Source of the DNA: Gnetum montanum
Taxonomy: Eukaryota > Plantae > Gnetophyta
Direction: 5' to 3'
Length of the DNA stretch: 64,000 nucleotides
Assembly: GCA_015680685.1 (NCBI GenBank)
Contig: MNCI01001762.1
Span: forward strand, 89,993-153,992
The notes beneath the pieces were generated by a model that had not been told where the DNA came from, did not search any database, and saw only the letters and a program-made list of their open reading frames with translations. Shown here piece by piece: positions 25,830 through 38,930 of this stretch. The translations under genes and the position numbers were made by a program. Positions within the stretch are counted from its first letter, which is position 1; the number at the start of each line of letters is the position of its first letter.

Positions 25830-28034
25830 ATGACCCCAAAGCATCTTGCTCAAGCTTCTTATCAAGCTCCATCTCAAGCTCAAACTCCTTTAGGTAGCTT
25901 TGTGTCCATTCTTTTGCAGCAAAATAATGTAGTTACAGCTTCAAATTGTGTGCATAATTGACTTGGAAAGGAAGAGTTTTAATATCTTACAACTTCACAA
26001 TTTTTTAAATTATTTATCTTACATGTTTTCAAGGCAACATATTGCAAAAGCTTAATAGTTGAATGGTGTAATCAATAGAATAAAAATGGAAGTTCTATTT
26101 CATATTTAGTTTTTGAAGCACTAACAATTAGCCTTGCTGAAATCTAAATAGTATTTTGTTTTTAATATAGGGAGGATCCTTTAATTCCCTTGATTTTCTC
26201 TCGTAATTTTAAATTATTTTTCCAAAACGAATTATTTGATTATGTTTTTGATTTTTCTATCTATAAAAGTCAAATTTTTCATGGTGATTTTATCTATGAA
26301 ATTCACTTTGAATTATGTCAATTCATTCATAGAAAAGTCTTATGGCATCAATCCTAGGCCTTTATTAGTGTCTATTTCATATATATACTTCATGGCACTA
26401 AAAATTACAGAGTTTATGATTGGTCCTTATTTTTCTTCCTTGTACAATGGCATGAATGACACTACTACTACCAAAAAAATCCCTAAAATACTTATCTCAT
26501 ACATTGTGTACCCTTTTCATGTCTTTAATCCTAAGTTGCAACCCTACCAACAAACTTTTTAGTCATTATAATCTTCATTTATGTCCTAAGTTTCTTGAAG
26601 AGGATAGAATTATAAAGAGTAAGATCGAGGATGGCAAGAAATGTTAGATGGTTTTTTAGCAGGCCAGAAATCAAGAGGGAAGCAGCAAGGTGTGTGTGTG
26701 TATATATATAATTCTTATTGTTACTTACATCTTTTTATGTATTTGACAATGTATTCTAGGCTACAGAATGAACTAATTCAAAGTGCCTAGGCTAGAGTTA
26801 CATAGGTTGAGGATGTTCAAGGTGCTTCAACCTTTGTAGGGTTTTACCACAATAATAAGTCACACTTGCCAAATCCAAGGTATATATATATATATAATAT
26901 CCCAGTTTATTATTTTACTTACTTTTCTACTAATTCTTTTTATAGAGGCAACATACTAGACAAGGTTTTTCCAGCCCAATAGTTATAAGACAAAAAACCC
27001 AACAAAAAACCCAAAAACAAGCTCAACAACAAAGTACAAGATCGAATAAGTAAAAAAGAACTAGAGGTAAGTTTTAATTATTTTAAGGTTTGCATACTTT
27101 CCTTTTTGTCTTCTTTTATGATGTTGATCCTATTCATTTCATAGATGTCTCTACATTGAACGTACTTTATTTGAGAAATGGAGAGAGATGATGTAGGCAC
27201 TAGTTTTGAACAAACTCCTATTTCTTCATATCCCATTCCTCCATCTAGATTACCATGCATGCCTTTGATTCTAGTGACACTAGATTCCTTTCCATAGGTG
27301 ATGCCAACACTAGCTTCTATATCTATTCTAGTAATTTCTTCTTTCTCTATCTCGAGTTTTCATTATTTGATAGAACACATAGTTATGACTATCAAAGAAG
27401 AACTTGTGCTACTTCAACATCTTGGCCAATGAATTTCTAATAACAAACCCTGCTACTCTATTCGCAAGAATGTATACCACATACTAGAGTCCTAGTCATG
27501 CGACATTGAGAAAGTCTATGAATGAGTACATGATGGCATTCCATCATCCTTCCATCTAATTCTTGAGGATGCTCTGAAAGTTGTTAAAGATCTAGAGCAA
27601 CTCTAAGAAGAATTGAAGAGTGCTACATGCCTAGCTCACCATCTACAATCCTGTGAATGGTTTCATCAAATTAATAATGATTGAATTTAGGTAAGTAGTT
27701 TTTATTCTTTTCTCTTCTCCTTTTATTCTTTCTATTGAATATTTTTATTCATAACTTATAACTTTAATCTTGTTTTATGTAGAGGAAAGAAAAGGAATGG
27801 AAAAAAGACATGGATGATCAATTGATTCAAATGGAGATGCTAAAAACCCAACTTAAGAGAAAGGAGGAATTAGTGGGTATATCAAGGGATGCCACTAAAT
27901 ACATCAAGAAATTATGTGATGGGTTGGTGGGATGCAAGGCATGGCTCAGCAAAATGGATGCCACTGATGAAGAATGGGAAGCACAATTGAAGATAGTCTC
28001 TGATCTCCTCGACCCATTCCATCGAAATAAATGA
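25830..28034 (+). pseudogene. Spliced antisense accessory gene inside the Tekay leader (5 exons, about 632 aa; PMD-like N-domain, C-terminal coiled coil)
   Basis: Exons 25830-26689, 26760-26879, 26946-27066, 27145-27690, 27783-28034 total 1899 nt (633 codons). Four short AT-rich GT-AG introns with concordant phases (2,2,0,0). About two dozen in-frame stops, no frameshift needed. Confidence 0.78.
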
Positions 28035-28190
28035 TCACTATTATGTTTTCTTATTCCTTTTATTTCACATCTTCCCTACTCTTGCATTCTGCCTTTTCCC
28101 TTACATGTAATCTCCTTAGATGTACTTTTTTTTATAATAATAATAATAAAATAATATTTTTTTCCACTTTGGTTCTCGATTCCTAATTTT

Positions 28191-28201
28191 CTTTGATACC
28201 A
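28191..28201 (-). promoter_or_regulatory. Primer binding site, tRNA-iMet type, of Tekay element
   Basis: Minus strand TGGTATCAAAG, 2 nt from the 5' LTR end. Confidence 0.88.
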
Positions 28202-28203
28202 AA

Positions 28204-28719
28204 TGTGACATCTCATTCACAGATGTCATAAAAGCATGTTCATTTGTCACTTAATTCTTCACATTCATGACATTCATAAGAATTGTAATGGAAACATCAT
28301 AAAATACTTAATAAATGAATTAACTAGTAAATGAATAAATGGGTACTTGAAATAGAAAAGGAAATGAAAAAATTTTATTAATAAGAGAGAGTACTATAAT
28401 GCCCTCTAGGTTATCTTCCCATGCCACTAAAGCCTTAGAGGCAATCTAGTACTATCACCATGGTTAGGCTATATAATTGAAGGGGTGATCAATCCCTTCT
28501 TTTCCTACTTCACTTGGCTCCTATTACTTTCCTTTTTCCAAGCTCTACAACTCTATGCTAGCATGACATCCAAACTTGACCTTAAATAACATAGGTCAAA
28601 CCCATTCCTGATGGATACATGAATAGTTGTAACTTCTCATAATGAGGTTTCCCTTCATTTTAAGGTTAATTACATTTTTATAATATGTTTATGCCTTTAA
28701 CAAGAGACGGGATGTTATA
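28204..28719 (-). repeat. 5' LTR of Tekay element
   Basis: TGTGACATCT..GGGATGTTATA, a direct repeat of 18611-19124. Confidence 0.93.
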
Positions 28720-28882
28720 GATGTCTACCATACAAGTAAGATGTCTCTTGTACAATCTTGCAACTATGGAAAGATATCTATACCACATGCAAGACATCTT
28801 CTCTAGACCTAAGATGTCTACACCACCTACAATGCATGTCCTCTATGAACTATTTGCTTTTGGTTGGGACATGTTCCCATCA
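28720..28882 (+). repeat. 3' LTR of CRM-like copy 2, right part
   Basis: AGATGTCT/AGACATCT sub-repeats like 10985-11140; possible terminus ..CCCATCA. Confidence 0.55.
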
Positions 28883-29039
28883 CCAAAGACGTATGAGGTA
28901 GAATGGTCAAAATGAAGATAGGATAGTGGTGCTACATATGATAAAATAATACAAATAAAATTAAAGAAACAATTTTACAAAATTGTAATCAAGCATGATA
29001 TCTTAAATTAGTATGATAGAAATGTAAATTATTTGGATG

Positions 29040-29390
29040 GATGTTAAATATTACTAGAAGAGATAAACTATATAATGCAAACATCATAAGAAGACTTGGA
29101 GTGATTGCTCTCTCAAATAAGCTATAAGAATGACAACTTAGATGGTTTAATCATGTGTAAAGAAGATTTAATAATAAGCCTGTAAATAAAGATTGCTACT
29201 TCACTTTTCCAGGAAAGTCAGCAAGAAGAAGATCAAAGAAGAAATTAAAGAAAATGATTGAAGATGATTTGAAGAAGTTATAAATAAATAAGAATCTCAC
29301 TCTTAATAGAGGTGAATGATGAAAAATAAATCATGTAGTTGATCCCATTTTGTTTGGATAAGATTAGGATGATGATGATTATGATGAATA
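29040..29390 (+). mobile_element. 5'-truncated RTE-clade LINE, 3' end
   Basis: MLNITRRDKLYNANIIRRLGVIALSNKL*E*QLRWFNHV*RR..RRRSKKKLKKMIEDDL..HVVDP matches the RTE ORF C-terminus (TRRDKIRN..LRWFGHV.RR..GRPKK), followed by a (GAT)n tail. Confidence 0.82.
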
Positions 29391-29484
29391 AAAAAGATTC
29401 TCTTGAAAAAAGTTTAGATATATATTATAAATATATAACTAAGATAATGAAGTAATACATAGAAGTATAATAACATCATCTATA

Positions 29485-29620
29485 GGGACCATCACTTAGA
29501 GTGATGGTAAGGTTCTTATTTCTCAAGTTGTAAGCATAGCTACTTGAAAGAGATTAGGCATCCACTCATCTACCATCCCTCCTAGCACCTTACCTTATTG
29601 AGCCACTGGATGATGATCCT
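29485..29620 (+). mobile_element. Short SINE-like insertion with 15-bp TSD
   Basis: Perfect direct repeat ATAACATCATCTATA at 29470-29484 and 29621-29635. The insert starts GGG, has an A-box-like AGTGATGGTAAG and ends CACTGGATGATGAT(CCT). Confidence 0.6.
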
Positions 29621-32277
29621 ATAACATCATCTATACTATAAATACAAATTTCTCCCAAGCAAGCACCATCAAAGCCTTTGTCACATGCCCATTGAAATCT
29701 TACACATGTTATTATTATAAGTCCAAGGTAATAAATTTGTTATAAAGTGCAGCCATGGGTGCACCATAGTGTTCAAGACACTCATCTCTTAGTGGAGAGA
29801 ATATGAGTTCAATTCTTGCATTTTCCTTCAAGTGTGGTAGTGTCAAAGTAGCCTTGTGATCATGCACTCTTGTTTAGTAGGTCATATCTAGCTTGTGATG
29901 AGGTTGTACTACTAGCCGCTAAAAAAACATATCTATTACAAAGTACCTTAAAAAAGACTTGTTTATCTTTCAACAATTCCTCCTCAAGTGCATCATCTAT
30001 AACTTTTTATCTAAATTCATATCCATTAATATGTCTTCTCCTTTTTTTATGGTTTTCCTCTATACTAAAGAGCCAAATATCAAATTCTTCAATACTGAAT
30101 AATAAATTTTCTAGATATTTTTCCTATTCTATAAGGATTTTTATTCATGGATAAAAAAGAAAAAGCTCTTCATGCTTTAAATCACCACAATCTTAAGAGG
30201 TTTAATGAGTGAGAAAAATCCTAACCTCATTTCAAGTAGGTACACCCAAGCTCAAACCTAGGTCTTATAACTTAAGGACTAAGGATCTTACCATCACTTC
30301 AAATAGTGGTGCCTATCCAGGATCACATATAATTCTTAATTTTGTTTAAAAATTATAATAACTTGGGGTTTATAGCTTAGCATCCCTTCTTTATTAACCA
30401 TTATTTTTTATTGTCTTTAGCATATTTATATTTTAATGATAACATGGTTTATGATATAGTGATCTTTTAATGTAGCCTATGCTAGTAATGAGTAATGTAC
30501 TCTCTTTTACATTGATGTGATTTGAACTTGAGACCTCTTATATTAATTTCTATGCATCTACAAGTTTGAACACTTGACCCTTGCTTACATGTGATACACT
30601 GACATTTTATTCTTTCATATTTTTTTTCTTGTTACTTTTGGAATCATTCTTTTATTATGTCATTGATTCTTATTGCTCTTAGTTGGATAGATTGGAAGGA
30701 TGGTGGTGGCCCATTATTGGTATTCTATTTAGATTTTTATATATTATATTTTATTATAAGGTTTTGGAATAAAATAAAAATATAGTAGTAAGATATGTTA
30801 AATATTAGGGTTTTATTCAAGTTATTATTTCTATGTTTGATGAGAACAATGACTTTAGATGATGACAATGAGTGGATATTTTATATGTGTATCGACACAT
30901 TTTACATGTTGAAGACCTCAAGAAATAAATACTATGCATTAAAGATGATTTGTAGAAGAGGTAACTAATATGGTGGCTGGGAGTTCATGACAAATCATCA
31001 TGTTGTAGTCAAAGATTAATATAATTTTAGGATGGTGTTGAGGAGATAGGACCAAAGAGAAATATAATATTGATACTAGTCATAACATTACCCAATAGTT
31101 GAATTGGAGATCCATGAGGGTCAGTATAAATAGTTGAGGTATTATGTCAAATAGTCCTTGATGGCTAGTTAAGTTAGTATCAACTTTATAGTTTTCCAAA
31201 CATCTTATATTGAAAACCTTATAAAAAATTAATAGGTAGTGGAAATCATGGATTAATGATAGATTATATTTTGGTTAACGTATATATTAATAGTTATGTG
31301 AATTAATAATTTAGATAATCAATACTTACTGTTATTTCTAATAGTGTATTTTGTAGTATAGGCCTTATCTCCCAATGTTGTTTCATGGAGCTACAAGGTG
31401 GTATTTCCTCTACTATGAAGGTATAATAACCCTTCTTACATGTTTTTCATGTAGATTTATTATAAAGCTTTGGAGGTTGTTAAGATGGAGTGGCATGAAT
31501 AATTAACTTTAGATAGAAGATCATCTCATTATATATTCATGTTATAATTTAACCATTTAATGGAATTGTAAGTTAACCTTGAATATGGATTGTTTTGTCA
31601 ACATTGATTCATGTTGTAATGAGGCCTAAGTGGGCACAAATGTTTTATTATGGATTTTTTAAGAATTTTTTTTTAAGTTTCTATGTGCTAAAATGCTTAA
31701 ATGATTTATAAGTATTTAAGTAATACTTTGTTAAGAACTTAATTTTACTTATTATATCCCTTAAGTTATTTTATATGTTTGCCTATGGTTAATTCCAAAA
31801 TGTGAGAAAAAATAAATTAAATTAATAATTTAACTTGAATATAAAAAACATGTAATAAATCAATCTTTATTTAATTATTAAGCTAAACATCATATCTATG
31901 TCCAGGATTAATATTCAAATATTATTCTTCCTTGAAATTTTGAAGATAAAAAATAATGGAATTTTTAATAATGTTATTAAAGAATCTTTTTTTACATCTC
32001 CTATATCTAAGGTTATTTTCTTATTAGCAATTACTTTTCAAGATATTGTATCAAAATTGTATAAGGATCATCACCTAAAATCTTTATGCTCATCTAAAAA
32101 AGAAAGTTCTTAAGAGAGTTGGTAGATGAGTCAAAGCCTAACCTGTTTAAGAAGTTGTTCCTAGGCTAAAATACATGTCTATTGACTTGGAAAATAATAA
32201 CCTTATCATCACTTGAAATGATGATCCTTATTGTATAAATCTCCTATCTAGTCTAGGCAGGAAAGCATTATGCATGG

Positions 32278-33175
32278 TGATGAGTGGCGAGGTACCCCTA
32301 CACTCAACCATATTAATACGAGTGTTCACACATGATCCGGTCAAACTCCGTAGATGGACTAGTTGTGATATATAGATAGTTACTCATTGATCATAGTTCA
32401 CTATCTTCCCACCTGGACTAGTATTTGCTTTGTCACGTATGGTTTAGTCTAGAGTGAGGTGTATGATGTGTTTCCTATAACTATGCTACTCCTAGGGACA
32501 ATGGAAAATAACTTTAGTTTAAGCTAAGAGGGAAAGGGTGAAGAGAGTCTAAGCTAGCCTAAGTGCGATGAACATCCATCCCTTAATCATCTGTACACAT
32601 CTTGGACCTCATGTACTACTACTGGGATTACCAAGCACATGTCCTAGGTACGCTACTGGGATACCAAGTAGTCACACTTAAATGCTCGTGATTAAGTTGT
32701 ACTCATTCCGTGTTTAATAATAAGGATAGGAGAGGAGGAAGGTAAAGAGATATTAAGTAAGAAAGTAATAAATAACAATTAAACTAAGTGAATGCTGCAA
32801 TGATGAAGTAATCTCGATCTTTATTGCCGATCATGTGCATGTCCAAGTACATCACACTCAAATAAAGGTTCCGTACAATTACAATCATCACACTGTGGGC
32901 ATGCACTGGGGAAAGGGTTGAGAGTAAAAAATAACAAAAAGATCCTACTCTAACACTAACTTCTTATTACTCTCCTGTGTGCCCAATTGAATATTTATAG
33001 GCTCACACATGAACCACAATATCATGTACCCAATATCACTAGCTAGGCTGTGATATTGAGTACCCAATATTGGGGTTCCAATATCAGGACTCATTAGACT
33101 TACTATCTTGTACCCAATATTAGGGGTCTAATAATAGGGGTCCAATATCAGCACTTGGCAAACCATGATTCATCA
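32278..33175 (-). repeat. 3' LTR of minus-strand Athila-like element
   Basis: TGATGAGTGG..GATTCATCA termini; its reverse complement matches 6686-7543; PPT GTGGGGGTA at 33176-33184 on the minus strand; internal CCCAATAT sub-repeats at 33015-33150. Confidence 0.88.
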
Positions 33176-33349
33176 TACCCCCACAACTAAATAACAACTC
33201 ATCCTCGAGTCAAAGAAAGTAAGGAACAAGTTCAATTGATTACACAGTGGATAGGTATGAGTTTATTGACTAACTAGAAATTTATTCATGTCGTAATGGA
33301 GAGTTGAATACAACAAAATTGGGACACAAACACAAAATTACAAAATTTA

Positions 33350-33793
33350 TTAGAACTCATGTGGTTCTAGTGGTGGTGACTCCTCCATGGGTGCTTTTCC
33401 TTTGTCCTACGCTTTAGGCTTCTAAGATCGATACCGTTGAAGAAGTGCCTAATGTTTCTTCTCTTCTATCCAAGGATTATGAGCCATCCATGCTGATGTT
33501 CCAATGTTTGATGGAGTCAGCACTTCCCATGGACACAACAACTGCAGGAACACTTGATTAGCCTTAATATGCCATGCTACAAATAGCCATTATTCCTCTT
33601 CATAGGCTCAAGCCCTAACCTCTCCACCTTTTGCTTGGCTAGATCATGCAATGACAGGAGTTCCCTGATAGATGTTGAATGATTGTGCCTCCTGCTCTGC
33701 ATGTTCTACATGAGGTCCTTGGCTTCTGCCTCCCCCTAGGCATTTAGCTACACCTTGAGAAGGTCCTCCTTGTTTTCCTCTTTTAGGGGCCAT
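33350..33793 (-). pseudogene. Sense 3' extra ORF of Athila-like element (148 codons, unknown function)
   Basis: MAPKRGKQGGPSQG..WLFVAWHIKANQVFLQLLCPW..DKGKAPMEESPPLEPHEF*; frame intact with about six internal stops. Confidence 0.6.
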
Positions 33794-35089
33794 CTATAAC
33801 CACACAAAGATCAATTGTTAGTAAGGTTATTGAAAGAAGTTCAATTATTTCATACCTTACTTATTGCCTTTAGTAAATGTGGAATTCTTTGCTTAGTGTG
33901 ATTTTAGAGTTAGAAATTTTTTTAAGGAAGTTGCCCTAAAAGTTTAATGTTGGACCTGGTTTGTTTAGGTGACACACCAAAGGACACGTAATGGTTTTGA
34001 GGAACATTTGATAAAATGATGACAAAGGAAAGAATAGATTTGACAATGAAGTACTCGAAGGGTATAAAATGATGTGGTGGTGTGCAACAAGTACAAATTA
34101 CAAAAGTCATGCAAGTGGATCCTTCCCAAAGCAAGTTCAAACCTATAATGCCCTTGTGTAACCACACCTTAAAATGTCCGTAGGCACTAGAAGGGTTAAA
34201 TGTAATCCACACCAGTTCAACAAAACACACACATGTAGATACCACCGTGATGAGGTATGAATTCAATGCTACATAAGATACAAGTCACAAATACATGAAC
34301 AACAAGATGAGGTGAATTGTAGAAGGGATTGTAGAGATTGGGACATGAGGTAACTAACCTAGGGCACAATGAATCTTGAGTGTAGGATGTGATTAATGTG
34401 TCATTAGGCCGGTGCTCCAAAATCAAGACCAAGTCCATTCCTACGATCACTGACATTGTATTGCTTCATCCAATGATGGAAAATCATAAGAGCACCATGA
34501 CAGCAAGGTGTATGATCACTTGGCATTTTTTTTCAAGGGAGGAGTGATTTTTGCGGCACACATGTGTTTTTTTTCCTTTTTTTCTGTCAATGCTTGGATG
34601 CATGTCTTTCTAGTAGGACCCCCTAGAATAGTATTGTTTTTTCTAAATTGAGTGCATTTATTACTCTTACTTCCATTTTTCGTTATATCTACAAGGATCT
34701 TAGTACAACCAGTCTACATGGTAACTCCCATGAATGTCACCAAAGATAATCCACAAGTCCCCTTGACACCCTAGCCATTCCCACTTAGTCCATCCTTCTT
34801 CTCTCTAGCTATAATGAACATAAGACTACTTTAAGTTTTCATGATTAGGAATATCATTGTAACTAGGGTAGAACCTCCTATTAATAGAATGGGTGGATGG
34901 ATGTTGTGGGCTAGCTGTTCAAATAATTAGTCACCTGAGACTTGATAGCATAGAACAACATCTCAACGAATGAGTCACATGAGTGTTTTATTTGTAGATG
35001 AGATTATTCATAAAAAGACAAAACAATAATTGAAAGATAAAAAACTAGAAAACAAAAAATTGTAAATTAAAGAAAATGAAAACATTTAT

Positions 35090-36590
35090 TAATTCTGCTG
35101 TTGTTAGAATGGGGGATACCCCCTATAACTAAATGGTTGAGCATGCCTAGAATTAATAAATGGAAGGTTAGGATCCTTGCATGTTGGAAATATTGGGACC
35201 CTGTCATACCTACACACTTGATTAGAGTTGACATAGTCGGGCAAGTTATAAGATGTGGGTAATTTATAAGGAGTTGATCAACTATGGTACCTGTGACCGT
35301 AAGATGGTATGCAAGGATCAACATGTCTCCCCATGTGGCTATATTCATTGGACCCCATGGTTGTTAGAGTATTGAGTGGTGGTCTTGATAAGGTAACATG
35401 AGGCATTGGGTTCAAAGAGGAAGATGCACCACAGTGTTGGACTTGTGCTGAGTTGGTGGATGCAGTGGTTTTTGAACTGTGGTGTGCCTTTCTATGGTCA
35501 TGTCTAAAGGAGAGATGTCTTTGATGTTGTAGAGGGTTCCCACTACTGCTGACAGTAGAAGCACAAGTAACGTTCATGGGTTGATGCTATGGTGCATATC
35601 CTTCGAGCACAATTGGTGGCGATATAGAAAGAGGTGAGGGATGAGAACATTGAAATTGAGGAGAAGTGTAAGGTACCCAAGGTGGTGGTCCTATTGGTGA
35701 GGATAAAGGTTGATAGTATTGAGGAGAATAATAATAATGTGGCAAGATAGAGGATGTTGATCCAGTTGGGGAAACATGATGTTGAACTTGATAAGCACTT
35801 AGGTTCAGATGGTATGAAGGGTGTAACCAATTTGGGGATGGCCTCCCCCATAACTAGGATTGTTGCCATTGTGATTGAACATAGTATTTCTGCATGAACT
35901 CTGGATGTAACATTCTTCCCCAATGCTCATGTAAATGTGACATGATTGGGCATTGACCCTTCAGGTGATTATATAGGGAAATGTTACATTAATACGTATG
36001 ATTGGTAGTTAAGTTCTTATTCTCTTCAACCCTTCTTTCCAATTGCCTAAAGGTGTTTTGTCGTGTTTCTTGGTTCATCATGACTCTATCTCCAATAACG
36101 TTGGCATATTCTTCACATTTTTCATGTATCCATTCCATCATCCTATTGATCTTTTCCTCAACTTCATCCAATGATTGTAGTACTGGCAAAGATGGCTCCA
36201 CCTCCTTATGGTGAGTTGATTTCTCCTCTTCATAATCATGGATCCTTGTTGATTTTTGGGCCTATTGAGATTTTTCAACATTCTCCCATTTAGCTAGTTC
36301 TACTTCTTCTTTTGCTACCCACTTGATAAGCTCTTGGAATTGATGGGTTCATAGCTCATATAGTTGACCTTAGGCTTACATCCCTAGGATCTCCCTTGTT
36401 TCATTACGGAGCCCATCCATGATATGGTACATTAGCCTTTCCCTGGAGAACCCATGCCCTAGGTAGTTGTTTAACAATGCATAGTATCTTTCAAAGGCCA
36501 TGTCCAAGGGTACGTGTTGCACTTGCTTCCATTCTTGGATTTGTCTTCTCAAGGTTGACACTCTTGCATAAGTTAACATTCTTCATCACA
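35090..36590 (-). pseudogene. gag: Decayed Athila-like gag (C-terminal part)
   Basis: LRRQIQEWKQ..LDMAFERYYALL..GHGFSRERLMYHIMDGLRNETREILG; knuckle remnant CNISLYNHLKGQCPIMSHL; Pro/His-rich tail. Confidence 0.8.
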
Positions 36591-38930
36591 CTTGTTAACA
36601 TACTTTGATAAGGGAAGATGAAGACCAAGGAATCATGATAGGGAAAGGGGAAGGAATCATGTGAGACATACTAATAGAAGAATATATCTTGATGAAAAGG
36701 ATAGAAAAAGGGAAATTAGACATGAGAGAAGAGCAATATGAGCATCAAAGTGATCATTACTATAATAGATATTATGAACCAAAAGACTATGAAGAACTTC
36801 TATTAGCAACCCAGGGCATGATTAACATTAAGGAAGCAGTGTATATACTTACCAAACATCTAAGGGATACTCATGTTAAGTCATTTCATATGAATAACAT
36901 TCCAAATTTTTAGGGAGAATAGAATACAAATTCACAACATTATCTTTAAGCTTTCTATGATGCTTGTGCCCTATAGAATATAGAGAATGATTGGTAGAAA
37001 TTAAAGTTTTTTTTCAAAACACTCATGAAAAAAAGTAGAAATTTGGTACAAATCCTTAGAATCAAAATCAATAAAAGATGAAGTACCATGCTAGAGCTCT
37101 TCAATGATAAGTATCAACCTATTCCAAAGTGTCAAACTTAAGGAAATAAATCCAAAGATGAAAAAAAAGGACACATAAGTCCCATAATGCGATAATGAGT
37201 AAATGCTATTCACTATTACCTACATGCCTAGGCCATAGATTTTTTTCAAAAGGAAAAACTACAACATATCATTGATGGGTTAAGAAACAAAACAAAGGAG
37301 ATCCTTGGAATATATTCTTAAGGAAGGTTATTAGAGATGAAAACTCATCAAATTTAATAGTTGGTTCAAGTGACAAAACAAGAATCAGTACAAGAGTGTA
37401 ATAGAGACCCTACTATCAAAAAAAGAGATGTGAGCATATGTGAGACACAAGAAGAAGAAATACTAGAAGACATAATCTAATGAAAGGCTCTACCTATTTA
37501 GAAATTAGTAAATGATATTGCAGCAAAGGTGGAGAAAAGGTGGAATTTTGTGGATGAAAAGTTTGCAACAACACTTAAGATAGTGAAAGAGAAATCTAAA
37601 CAAGTAATTAATAGAAATAAGAATAGGAAAAAGAAGAGGGATAATGAACATAAGCATTATCTGAACAAAGGAAAAGTTGTTGTAGTAGAGGAGGTTATAG
37701 ACTTAAGTAATGAAGATGATAATAATTGGAATCTATGCTATTATGAACATCCTAAGGGATGTTGTCCTATTATGATCCACTTAAAAGAGTCTGAGGCATA
37801 CATACTTAATGTAAAAATTTTCAAAAAAAAAATCCTAGATGATTATCTTATCTACAAGATAATTACAAATAGTCCTTTCAATAATCATACTATTCATGTT
37901 GGGCTTAGCCTCAAAAATAAAAGCAATACCAACAATAATAACAACAATCACAATTTTGGTAGATGTCATTGCTAAAACAAGAGTATCTATATTGATAGCC
38001 AAATCCTTAGGAATATTATGTTCAGCATCCTATATCTCCTAATAATAATTTTGTCCAATTTTATTGTAACTATTATCTAGCTAAGTACCATAGACCTACA
38101 ACCCCATGCATGGAATCATAACCTTATATGTCTCTATCCCTAGCAGGTCATTCTTAAAAAGCTTCCAATCGTTTACTACCAGTACCACCACAAGTAATAT
38201 AAGAAGAGCTATCAACACAATTGTAATAAAAAAGAGGTAACTAAGTAGTTAGTATACATAGAGTAGATAATACCAACAATATTACATGTAAATCTAGAAA
38301 GCTTCCTTTCTTTTAGACAAGTCTAGAAAAGGTTGGTAGAGTAAGGACTCTATCCAACCTTATTTCTTGTACGAAACTTCATCCTACAATCATCATACTT
38401 TGACAACAACCAAATTAAAATTTTAGAAATATCATGTTAACTCATACAATATCAAATTGGATAAATGTATAAACTCTTTCTAAGAAAAGAATAGATTGTA
38501 CAAACCCTCTAATTTATTTGCAAATTGCTGAAAATTTACTATGTAAAAGGTTTTGCAATCAATTTGATATCTCAAGAAACATACAAGAAATGGAACCTAC
38601 TGCCATTAAAGAAGTAACATAATACTAGAGCTTGCAAACTAATCAATAATCATTTATTTAGGATAGGTAGAAGACATGGTGAACATTATTAATGAATGAT
38701 CTTATCCATCAAATTTTCTTGTGATCGATATGAAGAATGATAAGGAGCACTTTCCTATCATTATGGGGAGAGCATGGCTTGCCACAAATGATGCTAAGCT
38801 AGGAATAAGAGATTTATGCTTGAAATGTTTCAATGAAGATGAGTAAGGAGCCATATAGTTGTAAAGAATTCCATGCATTACTTATGATGATGAAGGGTGT
38901 AGTTGTGAACCAAAATTTAAGAATGTTAAC
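36591..38930 (+). pseudogene. gag: Decayed Athila-like gag-protease fragment
   Basis: MNNIPNF..AFYDACAL*NIENDW*KLKFF, WNLCYYEHPKGCCPIMIHL, protease end FPIIMGRAWLATNDAKL; homologous to 420-2600. Confidence 0.82.

Larger units (their letters stand above)
18611..28719 (-). mobile_element. Complete Tekay/Del chromovirus LTR retrotransposon, 10.1 kb, decayed
   Basis: Two ~515-bp LTRs, iMet PBS, PPT, gag-pol on the minus strand, and flanking 5-bp TSD GAAGT (18606-18610) / GATGT (28720-28724). Confidence 0.93.
32278..36590 (-). mobile_element. Athila-like element, minus strand, lacking recognisable RT/RNase H/integrase, 5' truncated
   Basis: Gag at 36590-35090, non-coding spacer, short 3' extra ORF, PPT and complete 3' LTR. 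Confidence 0.8.

Noticed and set aside
10737-28882. One single intact CRM element
   Set aside because: The RT segment occurs twice in clearly diverged copies with Athila sequence between them, and no matching TSD was found.
30830-31560. Host or transposase exons (including a PNVVSW PPR-like string)
   Set aside because: Some splice-like signals are present, but I could not assemble a consistent frame or recognise a domain.
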